Of a stretch of DNA of 64,000 nucleotides, positions 1 to 11,880 are shown piece after piece. The translations under genes were made by a program, and so were the position numbers. The notes beneath the pieces were generated by a model. It made no database searches, was not told the origin of the DNA, and saw only the letters and a program-made list of their open reading frames with translations. Positions within the stretch are counted from its first letter, which is position 1; every line of letters starts with the position of its first letter. The DNA is from Spirogloea muscicola (lineage: Eukaryota), in contig WELB01000001.1 of the NCBI GenBank assembly GCA_009602725.1, positions 873,453 to 937,452 of the forward strand, written 5' to 3'.

Positions 1-78
<78 letters not shown>

Positions 79-90
79 TCTCTCTCTCTG
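1..90. repeat. (CT)n microsatellite
   Basis: Near-pure CT dinucleotide run at the window start. Confidence 0.95.
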
Positions 91-333
91 TCCCTCCCCC
101 TCCCTCCTCCACCCCCGGCACCCTAGGGTGCCCAGGCATGTGCATTCACCTCGATGCCTTATCTCTTTCTCCTAAACTGTCTGCATGTCTAGAGAAGGGT
201 GATGGTCCATAATATGTCTGTAGCTACCATTTGTCCTTCAATGCCACTGGACACATCCTTTGATTGAGACGTTACTGCTCCCGTGAAGCCAGCTTGCCTG
301 ATGCCTGGAAGCATGCTCCCTCCTGGCGAGCAG

Positions 334-3300
334 ATTCTGGTTCGAGCTCAACCAATTCGTGCGCGGCATCTCGGCGGGCCTCCCGGGGATGGCTGATGTC
401 AACCCTTTCCTGACGCCACTTGGCGCATTTGTTGGCAACACCGCTCACTCCAATGGCGATGCAGGCATTCGTACATACCCACACGGGCTCCGGCCCCGCC
501 TTCCAGACGACGTGCGAACACCAATCAATCTCTAACTGCCTCCTTTTACCCAACTGCGGTTATCGATTATCTCTGCATCTTGAGAGACCCAAGAAGGAAC
601 AGAATGCAATGCAAGCTCACACCTGTGCTGACCTGCAATCCCCTGCTGCTCCTCTGGCGGCCACAGACCCCGGCGGAGGCCGTTCTGGCCAACCTGAATG
701 TCTACAAAAACAGAAATCTCGGGTTTGTATGCGTTCCTGGACTATGGCCCTGTGATGTGAACCCTTACCTTTGGACCCACAAATGCAGCAGCATTGTCTG
801 GTGGCAATGCCAACCTCCTGACTGGCTAGCGCTGCTGTGTTGTGCAGCATCCACCTGCACGTCACCGACAGCGTGACGATTGACACATCAGTGTTTGCCG
901 ACAATGGCTGGGCAGTACACATGAATCAGGTCGCGGGGGTCACGCTGTCCAACTCTATTGTCGTCGGCCTTTCCAACAACACCGGCAATCCTCAAGGTTG
1001 CGGTGCGGCGACAGACATTGCTCGGCGGGGCGCCGACTGCCGCCCCGCCGCCAGCTGCGCTGGGCTACCTTTGCCTGCCGGGCAGGTTGGTCGCAGCACC
1101 GGTGGCCAGAGCGCCGCCTTCCCGAGCATCGGCGTGAACCTGGACCAAAGTTTGTGGGACGACGCCGGCGCTGCACCTAACGCGGTTGTCAATGTGTCAT
1201 TTGCCGCATTCGACCCAGCGTGCCGGCCTGCCGCGGCAATCACACTCTCAGGCAGCGGCGACCTGTGGAATGCTGCGCACTATGTCCAGGGCCTCACCTT
1301 TGCAACGGCCGCCACCACCAACGCACTCTGGGTTGTTCCAAGGTTGGCCAATTTGAGTGGCGATGGCACGGTGGAGGATGGCGGTGAGGTCGCAGCCGCA
1401 TACGCGCTGCGCGATATAGACGGTTCATTGCTGGGAGCCCCCGGGTATGCTGCTGCAAACTCATCGGCGCTCATCTCTCCGATTGCCGCTCAGTGCGTGC
1501 CTGTTCCAGCCTGGGACGCCTATGCTTGCGCTGGCGCCTGCTTCCGTGGGGTTGCGGTCACGTATCCCGAGCCAGGCTTCGGGCCCGGCTCTGGCAGGAC
1601 GCACGGCGACTACAGCTGGCTTGAGATTCTCAGGTGCAGCACGCATCAGCGCTAACATCTCTGTATCACAGCGCGCACACTTACCTGACTGTACACGGCA
1701 CTTGATCAGCAGCTTGTGAGTGTACCTTGAGCAGCAGGGAAGACAAGTTGTGCATGAAAAGTGCCGTTAAGCTCTGACTTGTTTGCAAGGGCTCCTGTGC
1801 AGATTGGAGGATGGCGCTTTGATTACGCTGGACGGTAACCTCAATGAAGTCGCTGCGGCAGTGCCCCCGTCGCTTAGGCTCTACTCTGTTACTCTTCTGG
1901 CTGGGTACACATACCTTCTCACCATCAAGGGCGCTCAGTCTTCAATCACAGGTATCGTATTTGTAAGTTGGTATGAATGCCGTACATCCAACTCTTATGC
2001 ACAACTCAGCAATTACAGTTGGGTTGCACAGCAATAGGTCACATAAGAAGCCTGCATACGAGTAGGCCATGTTGTGTAAGATCACTCACAGTTCTGAGCA
2101 TTCCTGCAGCTATTACCGTCAAGTACACCGACGGCACTGGCTGTGGGCAAGGCCTGGCGCTTCGATTGGCCAACCTGGGCGGAATCGGATGGAACGTCAC
2201 CTCCACAAGTAGTGTCTTCTACATGTGTGCACTCGGCTCCTCCATCTATCTTGTTGGCTGGATGCTAAGTGTGTACATCTGCAAGACTGCAAGCTAGAAG
2301 CAACAAGTTGTTGCGGTAGGCCTGTCGTGTTGCAAAGCCTGCAGTGATTGCCCACCCTCATCACTTGCCCGTTTGCTGACTGTTGCTCCTGACTGCAGCT
2401 CCTGCCAAGCACCGGCCCCTGTCTTAAGCCCAGCATCAACGTCCGCATGGCAGTCCAGGCCAGTCAACAACCTTGACTCCGCTGCCTGGAGCTATGTTTG
2501 CTACCCCGGCGGCAAGGTCGCGGTCATCCACGTGGACGTTGGCGGGCTCTTGCTTGATGACATCAACTTTGCAGCTTCACCAGCCTCAAGCCGGTGCCAG
2601 CAGTCAAGGTTGGCTGGTTCTCACTTGTCTGCCCCTTTTGATGTGCACTTGGGTCATCATGGACCTTGACCATGCAATGTGCCCGCTTAAATTCCACTGC
2701 TCAATGCACGACCTCCCCTGACCCCAGATGCGCATTTGCATTGCAGCCAATGTGGGGTCTTCTCCTCTGGAAGTGGGAACTGGTCATATACAACCGAGCT
2801 TGACAGCGCCGCCGACTTCTCCAATCCTCTCACGAATACATCGTCATGGACAATAGGCAGAGCACTCTTTGGGTATGCTGAAGGAAGTCAAAATTCTGAG
2901 AATCACACGAAACTCATAGAGCAGCACCGAAATGCAAATGTCCTTCCAAAATTTGATGTCCTTTGATTTGGCTAATCAACCCCTGCCCAGAGTGGTCTGG
3001 AAAAGCAGCTTATGTGTTTTCCTGCTACAATGCAGTTACAATGCTCCACAAGTGGTCACTATGCTACCACCCCCCTCGGCAGCGCTTATCACTTACTACT
3101 TTCAGAGGACCTTCGAGGCAGCCAACAGCAAGTGCATCAGTCAGCTTGTGTTTGAGGCCATTGTTGATGATGCAATGATCGTCTACCTGAATGGATATGA
3201 GGCGTTCCGATCCAACCTACCAAACGGCAGTATCTCAAGTGCCACAAAGGTCTGCTTTGTCCTACTAGCCATCTATGTGTCAGCTGACCAGACCTCGTCA

Positions 3301-6300
3301 ATCCACTCTTCAATTTATTCGGCTCTCAAGCATCTGCTGACATATGCTTCCTCACCCTTCCTCAATAACATGAAGTAATGGGATTTCTGAGACTTGAATG
3401 GGCGCCCTTCACCCCTCTTTGGGTTGCTCAGGCAATCAATTCAGCAAGTCCTTATGCGTACGGGACCTACCAGTATACAACGTTTGCCATTTTACTAAGT
3501 CCTACAAGCAGCCCATTCTTGGTGGAGGGAATCAATGTTTTGGCAGTGGAAGTCCATGCCTATTCCACAAATCCGCAATGGAGCATCTCATTCGATATGC
3601 GCTTGTCTTTTATACGCAAGTTAGTTCTGGCACTACTACAACTTCACTTGTCAAAGTGCAGTGTATGCAATATACATCACTTGGACTAGGTTCTGTACTG
3701 AACAGATTGGATCTAGTTTGCACTTCATCGTAGGAGAGGGTGCTGGTGTGATGTCAGCATAACGAGGAATTCTGAAAGGGGCTGTCACCTCTAACAAGTC
3801 CCTGTGTTTAGAGTAGAATGCCAACTCAACGTCTGGTGGTGTGCGAGTATGTGAGTCATACTTATTATTTTACATCTGCATTGCAGTGGAGCTGGCTGCT
3901 ATGGTGCTCGAGTTACCAAGGAAGTTTGCGATGGCGTTGACAACGACAATGATGGTCAGCTGCTCCACCTCTTACATGCAGTCCTCTAAGCAAGCAAACT
4001 GCGCCGTGCTCATGAGCAGGGCAATGTGCATGTGACAAGAACCTCACATCAGAAGGCTCTGATTGGGCTCGATGGATTGGGGTCAGCATTGCAGCATAGT
4101 CATCCTCATCTAGATGACAGCATCAAAAGGAATGCTTGGGAGGTGCATGCTGTCACCAGGACCACCGTTTCTAAGGCACCGAGTACCTGAGCACTTTGTG
4201 AGAAATTGCCATGGTTGGACAGCCAAGCCTTTTCTCGTCAATTGAATTGCTGCATTCCTCTCCAGGTTTGGTAGATGAACAACCAAATGGAGACCCTCTG
4301 CAGCAGTCTTGCTCGACGGCCTGTGGAACAGGCACGGAGAAGTGCGTACAAGCGATATGGCAACAATGCAGTGCCCCACAACCCTCTCCAGAAATGTAAG
4401 ACTGCTTCGCATGAGGCTGTGGTCCTGATCGTAAGCAACTCCGCCGATCGTTGTTCCTAGTCATGCGCAGTACTGCATGCTCATGTTTGTGAGCTCATGC
4501 ACCTCGGTCACCCTGATAGGAGGGCTCCTGCAACAGTGTTTCGGTCCCACTCCGCTCTGATAGTTGCTCCTCTTCCAAAGCAGATGTGATGGGCTCGACA
4601 ACGACTGTGATGGGCTCGTGGACAATGGCCTGGGCCAGCTGGACTGCCAGGGCGGCAGTGTGTGCTTCTCGGGACGTTGCCAGGCGCTGGCGCCATACTC
4701 CTATCACGACCCAAGCTTGCGAGCCGGCTCCCCGGGCTGGCTGTACCTACATCAATCGTCTGCTTCAGCATCGCCGCCGGATGCAACCTGGACCACTGTA
4801 GATCCGACCTCTGGCCCCAGGTTTGAAACACGGAGTTGCAGTCCTGTTTGGCGGTGTGTTTCTTTAGTGTTTAGTGTCTATATAAGCCCTTATCGCTCCT
4901 GGGCTTCTTGGGCCTGCGGCACTTGTCGCCTTCATTGATTTAGACCAGGCATTCACATGGTCTGTTCCACGGTCTGTGCAAGTGAAGAGAAAGGCCTTGC
5001 CACACCAGCAGCAGGCCTGGCTTGTGATTGCTTATGAGAGGTGCTCCTGTTGGTCTCCTCGGCTGTCTATCATCAAGCAGGACAACCAGTGCCGGTCCCT
5101 GGCTCGAGGGAAGGGCCCCTCTTGGCTACGACAAGAGCAACGCCACAGCTAATGCAGAGTTTGCGACGCTCCTGCCAGACCCTCCTGGCAACTGGGCCAC
5201 ACAGTACCTTCTGAACTCGTTCGTGCTAAGTCTGGCCGACGTCGCCAGGACACAAAGCCTAAGTGAGCATGCTGCTTTGCCTGCTTCCCTGTAAGCTAGG
5301 TGTACTTTATCCCCTCTACCGCAGGAAGCAGCGGCAATGTGTAACCAAATGCAATCTACTGACCAGCTTGTTCCTTCTGATATGGAAAAACAGGCATTGC
5401 TGTGAAACGAGACGATGGAGCTGTCATATACGTCAATGGACGGGAGGTCTGCCGGTCTAACATGCCGGCAGGTAGGATCACCTCAGAAACCTTGGCATCC
5501 ACCAAGACATACACCTCGTACCAGAAGAGCAAGTTTTACCTCTGCCAAGACGTATTCAAGCCCACCTTTCAGGTCTGCTTGTTGTTATCCCACAAGGTCG
5601 TGCATCCCTGAAAGGCATTGGAGATTCCGAGTTCTTGTTATTTAGCAAGTAGCCAAGACAGTTGCAATCAGAGTTCCTTTCCTGCCGCACTTCGTTCCTC
5701 TTCTCGAGGTCATACGTCTCATCGCCGTGCTTGCTTGGGCATGACCACGTAGGCTGGAGTGAACGTGGTTGCAGCGGAACTGCACCGAGCCAGCCTGAAG
5801 TCGCAAGATGCCGCCTTTGATCTCCTTCTCTTGCGGAATGTCTATGCGGCCTGCCCTACTCAGAGCTGCGTCCGTGCACTGCCTGCTGACACCTACTTCG
5901 TGCAGGTACTTTAGAAGCATTTGCCCTGCCCAATCTAAAGAAAGAAGTAGCTAGTAGCAACTGTGGTCAAGCAAGGGCTTTGAGCACGGCATTGTCCTGC
6001 CTCAATTCACATCGACATAATCGAAGACGCTACTGAGTTTTGCAGAGAAATCTCTTGTGCATTTGTGCAGAAGGGCTCTAGGTGGCGGACATTTGACTCA
6101 AGCAAGGGGACACTCCCTCAGGGCTGGACACTTCCAAGCTTTGATGACTCCCTTTGGGTCCTCGGTAATAAGGACGCATGCCTTCTTATATAGCTCCATT
6201 TGATGTTTGTGCAAACCTCTTGATTTGAAGATGCCACTTCAGTCATATGTGTTTCTCAGATAGGAGATCTTGAAAACAATGCTCAAGGATTACAGGCTTC

Positions 6301-7025
6301 TGGCATGTCGCAGGCTGCAGTAAGTCTTGCGGGGGTGCATAGCGTTCACAATCTCCATTTCAGCATGTTCATGTCCTTTAGGTCTCGGGCCCAATGCAGC
6401 TACACACGGAGGCAAGTCCTGTATCATCTCCTTTATCGGCTGTCTGCCCTGCTATGTTGCGCAGGGCAAGCCCCCTTGGGATTCGGGTGGGGCGGTGTCA
6501 ATACAACTATTGCAAATCTGGGCTCCCAGCTGACATCCTTTTACTTCAGACAAGCATTCTATCCCACAAGCCCAGGCTGCTACTTCCAGCTCACTGCAAC
6601 TCTTACTGCTGCTGATGCTGCAGTATGACTCCAACTCTGATATCTTCTCTGTCCTACTTTTGTTGCCACAATTGGCTGATCGCACTCCTGTGAGATTTTT
6701 GGTGATTCATTGTTTGTTGGAGCACCGCGCGTAGGCAGGATACCATACTGACTGAAGCTTCTATTGCCAGGTAGTGTACCTCAGTGGCCTTGAGGCCTAC
6801 CGGACACCCAACATGCCAAAAGGAGCAGTGTACCCCAACACAACAGCTATTAATCTGGGCTATCCATCCCCCACGGCATCAGTGCTCTCGGGTGGATGGC
6901 TTCTGCCAGGCAAAAACGTGATTGCTGTTGAGGTACACCTTTGGGATCAGCAAGCTCCCACACTTGCATTTGACCTTGAGCTCAGGGGGACAAGGGAGGG
7001 CATCCTTGGCCAGTGCTTTGTCTGA
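334..7025 (+). CDS. Large multi-exon secreted-type protein (5' end outside window): G8/fibrocystin-L/TMEM2-like beta-helix region, MopE-type Cys/Asp repeats and three bacterial-type galactose-binding-like domains
   Basis: Spliced exons translate to FWFELNQ..PLGAFVGNTAHSNG (334-512), LNVYKNRNLG, and DIDGSLLG..CVPVPAWDAYAC (848-1633). EVCDGVDNDNDG / CDGLDNDCDGLVD repeats lie at 3890-4680. There are three copies of W..FDDS.W..G.APLG(Y/F)...DD(G/A)..(V/I)Y(L/V)NG.E..RSN(L/M)P.G...G.NV(L/I)AVEVH...FD. Stop at 7023-7025. Confidence 0.8.
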
Positions 7026-7454
7026 GCACACCTTTTGTCCTGTTTACAGAACATTTTCGAATAACTTGTATATCAGATAAACAGCCACACACCAACCTAG
7101 CAGTAATGAGCATTGATCCCATTTTTGTCCTGGCTAAAAGTGTGGCTGTTGAATGGGCTCCACACTCGCAGTAGGTAATTTTTTGATCATCAATCACATG
7201 CAAGACAAGACAACAGATTTTGCTCCTGTATACCTCCTCCATTTAAAACGACAGTAGCTTGCAAGTAGTTACTTAAGCGAGACAGGACATGTAGAGTACT
7301 TCCAGCTCAAGTCACCATTCTTTGCCAACTGGTCAGTCTTACACAGACTTTTGATTGTTCCATTATTTTAATTTCCATGGAAGTTCCTCCGTCATGACTG
7401 CCTGGAGAAGGTGGATGCAAGTTGCTCGTGCCTGTGTAAATTTGTTGCAAGAAC

Positions 7455-9362
7455 TCATGCAGAAATGTCAATGTAAGCGAGCAGCTTCTCTTGGATGACT
7501 GCCTGCGCCTCTGCCGCAATATCCAGCACCACCTGCCCGGCGGACGGAATGTCATTAATGAGCCCCACTGATTGGCCGCTATACAGAACCTGGCTAGATA
7601 TGTCGCCCTCAGAGGCAGCATTTGGAGCTCTTCCCGAGAACCTCTTTACTTCATAGTCCTATACCAGAGCAAAAGGACAAAAGCCTGTCAAAGTCTGATC
7701 AATCACCAGAATCAAGGCATGCCCTTGCATACTCCATGGACCAGGACTCAAGATGGTTCAGAACGATCAGAACAAGATTCGACCCAACTGCCAATCCAGC
7801 AGAAGCAAGCAAAGCTCGAGTCAGTGCAAGCGCTGTACCTTGCCATGGATGGTGGTGTGTCCCACGGATGGTTGCGACGGTTGCAGCTCATCACCAGCTT
7901 CACTCTCGCGCCCCCTCCACTCAGCGTAAAGCGGCGTAGCAAGCACACGCTGTGGCGCATTTGGCCACCTGGCACGGCCAAAGAGGGTTGTGTACTCCGT
8001 GTCGGCCTCTGATGCCAGCGTCAGCTGCCTTTTGTACTCAGGGTGAGCGTTCGCCTCCTGCGTCGCCACAAACCTGCAGATGGGCACCTCGCTTATGTTC
8101 ACCACTAATTGCTGATTTTAAGCCAGATGGTCACTGTGCAATGCACGCCTGTGTGGTCAAGCCTCAGACACGCGCCCACTTGTGCACCTTGTCCCCAGCA
8201 TGACGGCCTGTGCTCCAAGCGCAAGCGCCGCCACGAGGCCGAGGCCATCAGCAATGCCACCAGCAGCCACCACAGGGACAGGCGACACAGCATCAACGAC
8301 ACGAGGGACGAGGACCATTGTAGAGACCTGCACAATGACAGGAAGGACTCAGTGACTGCAGGGAGGAAGGACGTCGTTGGCCAGGGTATGTACGCTGTAC
8401 TTTCCGAGCACGACACTTTCAGGCCTGCTTTGCTTCCGCGAGAGGAAAGCTTGCCTTAGACTTGCATAATGCAATGATGAGCTTCATGCACGAGCTATCC
8501 TCCTTCAGAGGCCGAGATCGAGCATGATTGCCGTGGAGCATGGAGGAGGGTGCACAAGGTGCAAGCTGACTACGTGCAGCTAATGGCTGGAAGACGGACA
8601 ACTTGGAAGATACTGCTTGCGAGCAAAAGGTGAGGCAGCTGCCACAACCTTGCCAATGACGTGCCCGCCAGCCTCGAAGCCCTGCGCAATGACAGCATCA
8701 ACGCCCGCGGCGGCGGCCTTCACGGCCTCCTCTACCGAGCCCACCTGCGCTTTTGCCCCGCCGAGATGCCTGTGCGGGCGTGAGAAGCTGCAAGCCAACA
8801 TTTCCTCCGACAGGAAGATAACGAAGATCATGTCCATGAATCTCAGCGGTCTTGATATCATCACCAATTAGAAAGACTCCTGAATCCCTAGGAGCCGACT
8901 GGGCTGCCCAAATAGCAGCCTGGAGGCTCCGCGGACCCAGACAAGCCAAACCCGGCTCGCAGTGGCAGCAATTTCTCCATCTTCATGTCCAATCATCGCT
9001 TCGATAATCGGCAGTGATACACTTTATCCCAGAGCGCGTGCTGCCATCTAATTGGGCCTAAAGAAGGGAATGCCCAGCTATCGAGTACATCTGCTGATCT
9101 TACATAGACTAATGAATCATTCGTTAACCAATAAAAGCCCCCCCAGCGGAGGTGCCGGACCTGGTGCAGGACCTTGACGCCGGCGGCGTGGGCGCGCGCC
9201 ACCTGGGCCGCGGGGAAGTCGCTTCAGTACACCTGCAGGACCAGGGGGCCGGCTTCGGCGGCGGCGGCCAGGACGGCGTCGAGGCAGCGGGCGTGGGGGA
9301 AGGCGAGCACGACGCCGACGCCGAGCGGCGCGCCGTGCGCGGCGGNCGCCGCGCGCGCCATG
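7455..9362 (-). CDS. Nitronate monooxygenase / 2-nitropropane dioxygenase family; in-frame TGA at 9224-9226 and gap at 9346 (possible pseudogene)
   Basis: Exons read GVGVVLAFPH..LQVY*SDFP..AHAAGVKVLHQ; VGSVEEA..GVDAVIAQGFEAGGHVIG; LVPRVVDAV..PVVAAGGIADG..ALALGAQAVMLGTR; FVATQEANAHPEYKR..FGRARWP; and EGDISSQVLYSGQSVGLI..ISA*. Confidence 0.85.
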
Positions 9363-9415
9363 GCGCGCGCCCGCCCCGGCGCGAGCCGCGTGCGGAGGCC
9401 TGGGGGCGAGGCCCT

Positions 9416-9810
9416 CCCGACTGCAGCTCTGTTGGCTCAAGGGAAATCGGTAAGTGTATTGAGTGTTGGGAAGGCCAGAGTGGCCAAGTACGAAGGCAAG
9501 CACATGCACATCTGTACATCCTAAACCCTCAATCCCGACTACTGCAGCTCTGTTGACCCGTGGTTACTGAGCGGGTCAATCTGCTGTAGGGTTATGTAGG
9601 TCTTCAGATGTGCTTGCCTTTGTACTTGGCCATTTGGCCTTCGTTTGTTTCAAACACACGAAATTGTTTCCTGTTGGCTCAAGGGAAATTGGTATGTGTA
9701 TCGAGTGTTGGGAAGGCCAGAGTGGCCAAGTACGAAGGCAAGCACATGGACAGATGTACATCACCTGCTGCTAAGCTGACCCGCTCAGTAACCACGAGTC
9801 AGCACGTAAA
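9416..9810. mobile_element. Cluster of non-LTR retrotransposon 3' tails (families B and C), tail-to-tail, with a local ~100-bp tandem duplication
   Basis: GGTTACTGAGCGGGTCA...GTACTTGGCC...CACACGAAA (+, 9556-9670) is flanked by ctgttg direct repeats. A family C tail lies on the minus strand at 9677-9810. 9416-9520 is duplicated from 9534 onward. Confidence 0.75.
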
Positions 9811-10786
9811 ACAAACCCGTTGCGCTGAGTAACCAAATTGCGTAGCGAAAGTACACTCACATCAACCCAATTCCGCTCGAGAATTCTTAAGAGGTGGACA
9901 CGAATCGGCCGGCCTGCCAGTGTCTGCCTTGCTTAGCTGGCACGTGGCACAGCTTTGTGTGAAGCGTGCACCTGGGCTTGCGTTGCCACCAGAAGGCGCC
10001 GCAACGCTTTTATGGTCTTGTCGACTCCCCAGATGACAACTGTATGGCGTGTCATGCAGCTCCTGCATATGTTACTACGCATGACTAAACAGCCAGGCAG
10101 ACAAGAAAATGCAAGGAAGGTCCAAGAATGGAGCACAACCCCGATCTTGGTTGCACAACTTATCTTCACCGCTCACCGATTGCTGGTTTCAACTCTCACC
10201 TCCAAGGCAGGCAATCCGCCGGCAGCAGGTAGAACGCATGTGAAGGTCAATCCGGAAACCAATGTCGGCGGTTGTGCTTGCTGCTGCGTGCAACTGACTG
10301 CCGACCCCCTCCTGCAGCACCACGTACTCAATCTGGCAAGATCTTCCTCACTCAAACAAGAAACTCAGGCCAGAGCATCAGGTGGATCCCTGCATCAGCA
10401 GCCGTAAGAAAACAAGGCCTGCCAGATGCAAGTACTCCTCTGCTGGTGAATGCGGTGACCTGCTCCTATCTACAGACAGTCAGGAGGGCAGGTCCTTGAT
10501 TCACTCGGATCCAGGGGGTTTAGGAGCAAACCCTTTACACAATGACGCACTCAGCGTGCGCACATCGGAACACTTCGCCTGGTGGCACCGCTGTCGGGCA
10601 GCGACTCCACCTCAGCCCTCCAAGGGACAGCCACGGACGCCTCACAGCAAGCCGGCAACAAGCTGCGGCGGCGGGCTGAGCGGCAGCAAGCAGCCGCAGT
10701 GCTTCGCCTCACTTAGGGCTTCACCGGTCCGAGCTCCCCCAAAGCTTAGTCCCGGCCCAATCCTTCTCGACCCAATCCTTCTCGAC

Positions 10787-11880
10787 ATGTGGGTAGCGAG
10801 GTCTCCGCGCTCCGCACGGAAGTCGCACTCACACTGAGTTACTCCGATCAGGCAGGTCGGGGGCAGGCCAAGGAACAGCTGAAGAAGCGTCCGATATGCC
10901 TCGGAGCTCAATTTGAATGCGTTGTGGATGGCGTGCGTTGTGAGCGAGTCCGTTGCCCCAGGTGTTGCGAGCGATGTGAGACGTGCCAAACTCGTTGCTG
11001 CAGTTGAGGATGAGCGTCGCAAGACATTGAGGAGGATGCCAGATATCAGGACCAATTCAAGGAGTCTGGCACGTCTCACATCGCTCGCAACACCTGGGGC
11101 AACGGACTGGCTCACAACGCACGCCATCCACAACGCATTCAAAATCAGCCCCGAGGCATATCGGACGCTTCTTCGAAAGAAGTGGCACTCCCAATGTAGG
11201 CAAGGGCTTCTTCAGCTGTTTCTTGGCCTGCCCCCGACCTGCCTGATCGGAGTGACTCAGTGTGAGTGCGGCTTTCGTGTGGAGAGCGAGAGTCCTCGCT
11301 ACCCACATGCTGCGGTGTCCCACAGGCCCTGGAGTGGTGGGCGTTCACTGGCCATTGTGGGTGTACAACCTGGCGGAGGCCCACGAGCCTTGGTTGACGT
11401 GGTTGTGACGGAAAGCGTACAAAAGTTCAGCATCGACCCATATTGCTGGCCACGCAGTGGGAGGTGCAGAGCAGAGAAAGCTCCTACATTAACAAGAAAG
11501 GGCTCGCCCATTGAGGAGAGGGGCTGGACAAGCCAGCCCAAAAAAGAATGAACAAAGTACGAGTAGGGGGCCAGGGGAAACGCTAAGGAAAGCAAGCACA
11601 AAACGAAGCATAGCTGCTACATTACTCTGACTACCCCCGCAGTGACCACCTCCTACCAGCCGCGATTGACACTTTCGGGTGCATGGGTCCTCGCTTCCAT
11701 ACCCTACTGGAGAATATTGCAAGTCTGGGATATGCTCGACGTGAGGATATGCTTCCAGCTCAGATGGGCATGCCGGCAGCCTACTTGTCATTCTTGCGTC
11801 GTCGAGTGTCACCTTATCTGCAGCGAGCTCAGGCTCATGCGTTGCATCAGAAAGCTGGTCGAGCCTTAGCTGGTAGCCGG
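10787..11880 (+). mobile_element. Decayed C-terminal part of an RLE-type (CRE-like) non-LTR retrotransposon, with an inverted duplication and nested insertions
   Basis: Translation gives LARLTSLATPGATDWL...YRTLLQLFLGLP...CECGFR..ATHMLRC (zinc knuckle), then ALVDVVVT..AGHAVGGAEQRKLLHYSDYP..LLPAAIDTFGCMG..RRRVS.YLQRAQA. This is the PD-(D/E)xK restriction-like endonuclease signature. Confidence 0.8.

Noticed and set aside
9224..9226. Selenocysteine or genetic-code reassignment for the in-frame TGA
   Set aside because: The homologous residue is Trp, not Cys. Other genes here use TGA as stop and TGG for Trp, and I identified no SECIS.
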